Shown here piece by piece: positions 61,306 through 64,000 of a stretch of DNA of 64,000 bases. Numbering within the stretch: position 1 is the first letter of the stretch; each line of letters begins with the position of its first letter. Location of the stretch: the NCBI GenBank assembly GCA_965644295.1, contig CBFFRP010000412.1, positions 1 to 64,000 of the forward strand, read 5' to 3'. The DNA is from Paraphysomonas bandaiensis. Taxonomy: Eukaryota; Protista; Chrysophyceae. The position numbers and the translations under genes were made by a program. The notes beneath the pieces were generated by a model. It saw only the letters and a list, made by a program, of their open reading frames with translations. It was not told the DNA's origin and searched no databases.

Positions 61306-63539
61306 CCCCTACTATATTTTTTCTCTGTACAACTGCGTTTCACTGTTGCCTATAGGTGCACATCACTTGGGAGGTGTGTACGAGATATATATTGTCCTGT
61401 ACATATCTTAATGTTATCGTCAGGGAACATTATTGTCAAGCTCCATTATGCCTGAAAGGATTTGCGGCAGTCCTTGCAATAATTCGAGTGCCTGGAGATA
61501 TGTATATGCTTGGATTGGTGCTGGTATACAAGAGCGAGAAAGGGTTTCGATGGCAGCGTCGGTTCTGTGATGCCCCTGATGAGATATTTGTCCATCCTAA
61601 GATACGATGCTAAAATATATGATGCACATTGCATATTGCATGCATGCAATATTTGTAGAGTATGCTCCCACGTTTGACTAGGTGAATACCCTATTCCACC
61701 TAGTCAACCTAGTCATTGTAAAGTTAAAAATCTAATTATTTAATGACTAGGTTTTTCAACCTTTTGACTAGGTTTTTACTCCAATTTTGGTGTGACTAGG
61801 AAATTCCCCAAAATTGACTAGGTCGAAAAATACATCCCAAGATTGTGGGGTTCCACCTAGTCAACCTAGTCATTGTAAAGTTAAAAATCTAATTATTTAA
61901 TGACTAGGTTTTTACACCTTTTGACTAGGTTATTACACCAATTTTGGTGTGACTAGGAAAGTCAACCAAATTGACTAGGTTGAATAATATATCCCATTAC
62001 AATATATTGCAATATATTAGTATGACTAATCAGTAAGTAAACACATCCGTAGATTCCATTTTTAGTATTAGTCATTAAGATCACATGGCAACCAATCCCA
62101 CAACTGCTTATAGCTAATAAAACTCCACCTCATCCTCATCCGATGAGCCACCATCGTTGACGTCAACATCACCATATTCATCCAAAATTAATTCTTAGGC
62201 TGCTTAAAATGTGCCGAATGAGAGGTCTAATGCCTTGGTCAGGTCGTGTCACAACTCCATCCTTTTTTCGCTTCTCTTTGCTACCGAGGAGTTCATTGAC
62301 CGCAAGGTTAAGTCGATGAGATGCATATCCAACTAGAGGGTTACACCTATAAATTATTGGAAAAGTTATAACAGACAAACAAAAGTTACTCAAACAAAGG
62401 TATTACCGGAATCGTTTGCCAGCTTTCTGGTTTTAGCGCAGTTGTCCCCAATGTAGAACCATCAATAACGCAAACATTATCAGCATTAACCACTTTACCC
62501 ACTCAAAAAAACGTTTTTTGCTTTGTCCGAAGGTTGGAAAACAAAGCATCCATGGGAACAATAAAACTTTTTTTCCTAGCCCTGCTTGTGAGGTATGATG
62601 TAAAACGCATTTATAGCTTCTGCATATCTTAATAATGTGTTCAGGGAACATTTATAATGTTAAGTATTTTGTAGTACATCGCAAGACATAACTGACGGAT
62701 ACGCAACCACCAAAACTTCATAGGACAAACCGGTGGACGTATGACTCCGACGTTTCAGTTAGCCTCACCATAGACAACACATCTATTTGATCTTCTGTAT
62801 CTTATAACCTCCACGTATGATTTCTGATCCTCATCGGATCAATCACACCACAAAAACGAGAGCACCCGAACTACTCTCTGGCAAAATACGAAGGGACAAT
62901 CTCCTCCCTGAAATCTCATCCGCCGAATTGACTTATTTTGGGTGTTCCCCACGAAGCCGGCGTAGATGAAGACCCACCTCTCTTGTCGTCACAAGAACGA
63001 GGTTTTTAGTACAGCCACATCATCTATATCGACTATACGATGGCCGAACTCAGCACTCCATCTATCTCACTTGTGCCCCCATCGATAGCACTGCACCCCC
63101 ATCCACACAGTCAGACACATTACTGAATCACCGTGCTCACACTTTATAAAATATACTGGTTTTATATCCTATATACTGTATGTTTCTACTATACAAAGTA
63201 GTATCACTCCAGCACTACAAGTCGTACTGACTCTCTCTCCAGTTACATTCCAATGGTTAAACTTCAGCAGTTGTTTCCAACTACCATCCGCTACCGTGTC
63301 AAGTTATGACACAATTGGATGATTTACTAAAAGTTAACTGGACGTGTATTTACTCGTTAATCAAGTTAAGATGAGGGAAGATTAAGATTAATAAACTATA
63401 TATCACGTTATCTCTACTACCACTCATTTCTTATATGGTCACTATCTTCTTGTATGGTCAATATATATTCAGTTCTCATTACTTCTCATAATACAGTTAA
63501 CCACTACTGTATTCTCCAGTAACAATTATGGACTAGAAG

Positions 63540-63998
63540 CATTGGGTAGCCACTCAACATGATGGCATCGAATAAACCAATTTGATGATTTAATTCGTCA
63601 GTACCCTTGAATGAAATTTCACCTGGGTGCTGACGCGGAAATTGTTCAAAATACAGATTTCGAGAGAGCAGAGCAGAAAGCACAGGTGCGATGCCTTTTT
63701 GGTTAATGATGTTCCTGCACACGAAGGTGAACTTGAAGAAAAAGGTGAGGAGGAAGACGACGCTCTTCGTTTACGTAAAGACAACGGAAAGCGCCAAAAA
63801 CCATTCATCAAACTTCCAACACAATATACGATATTCGTATAGTACTACCAATGATTATTTAGCAGAGCTAAGATTGTTATGACTAGATTTATACAAGCGA
63901 ATAAAACCTAGATAGACACCTTGAAATGTTAGTGTTCAGAAAGTTATTCTAAGCTCTATAAATAGTATTAATTGCATATTGCCAATAATTGGATGCTG
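63540..63998 (+). mobile_element. hAT 3' end (degenerate dimerisation domain plus terminus)
   Basis: HLGADAEIVQNTDFE, LFSRAKIVMT, LEMLVF. The terminus ggatgctg is the reverse complement of cagcatcc, like the terminus at 19517. Confidence 0.65.
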
Positions 63999-64000
63999 TT

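Larger units (their letters stand above)
58755..61838 (+). mobile_element. Related MULE nested inside the first
   Basis: Same TIR family. aagatt is duplicated at both junctions. 61540-61605 is homologous to 58695-58754. Confidence 0.8.
57870..61995 (+). mobile_element. Non-autonomous MULE (Mutator-like) element
   Basis: About 75-bp perfect TIRs starting GGGATATATT. 9-bp TSD ATTACAATA at 57861-57869 and 61996-62004. Confidence 0.92.
57768..62400 (-). mobile_element. Internally deleted hAT remnant hosting the MULE insertion
   Basis: cag terminus at 57768 with caatatattg arrays on both sides of the MULE. PLVGYASHRLNLAV (62178-62393) matches the CASH region of the 18338 transposase. Confidence 0.55.

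Noticed and set aside
62690-63130. C/A-rich, retroelement-like segment
   Set aside because: Composition only; no motif support.

Overview
This is eukaryotic nuclear DNA with short (about 45-60 nt) GT-AG introns. It is most likely from a stramenopile, an inference from the oomycete/diatom-type transposons, PTxxPS linkers and a possible bipartite plastid leader. About ten host genes are recognisable: two coiled-coil genes, a secreted tandem-SET protein, sphingosine-1-phosphate lyase, ANKZF1/Vms1, a bacterial-like alpha/alpha-toroid protein, a cAMP-receptor-like GPCR, proteasome Rpn6, a CE4-CE4-lyase-fold membrane protein and one small hypothetical. They sit in a dense, nested transposon landscape. 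The standout is a TSD-bounded non-LTR retrotransposon (23521-29680) whose ORF carries a SET (lysine-methyltransferase) domain in frame directly upstream of APE endonuclease, RT and RNase H. It is inserted inside a solo LTR, which fixes its boundaries, and its 3' tail is shared by about 14 dispersed truncated or SINE-like copies. Other elements are an intact Copia with identical 265-bp LTRs and non-canonical TA...TT termini (confirmed by two independent insertions), an intact intron-containing Crypton-type tyrosine recombinase, hAT remnants, and nested MULEs in which a SWIM exon plus intron has been amplified into a satellite. All domain calls come from motif recognition by eye; no searches were run.
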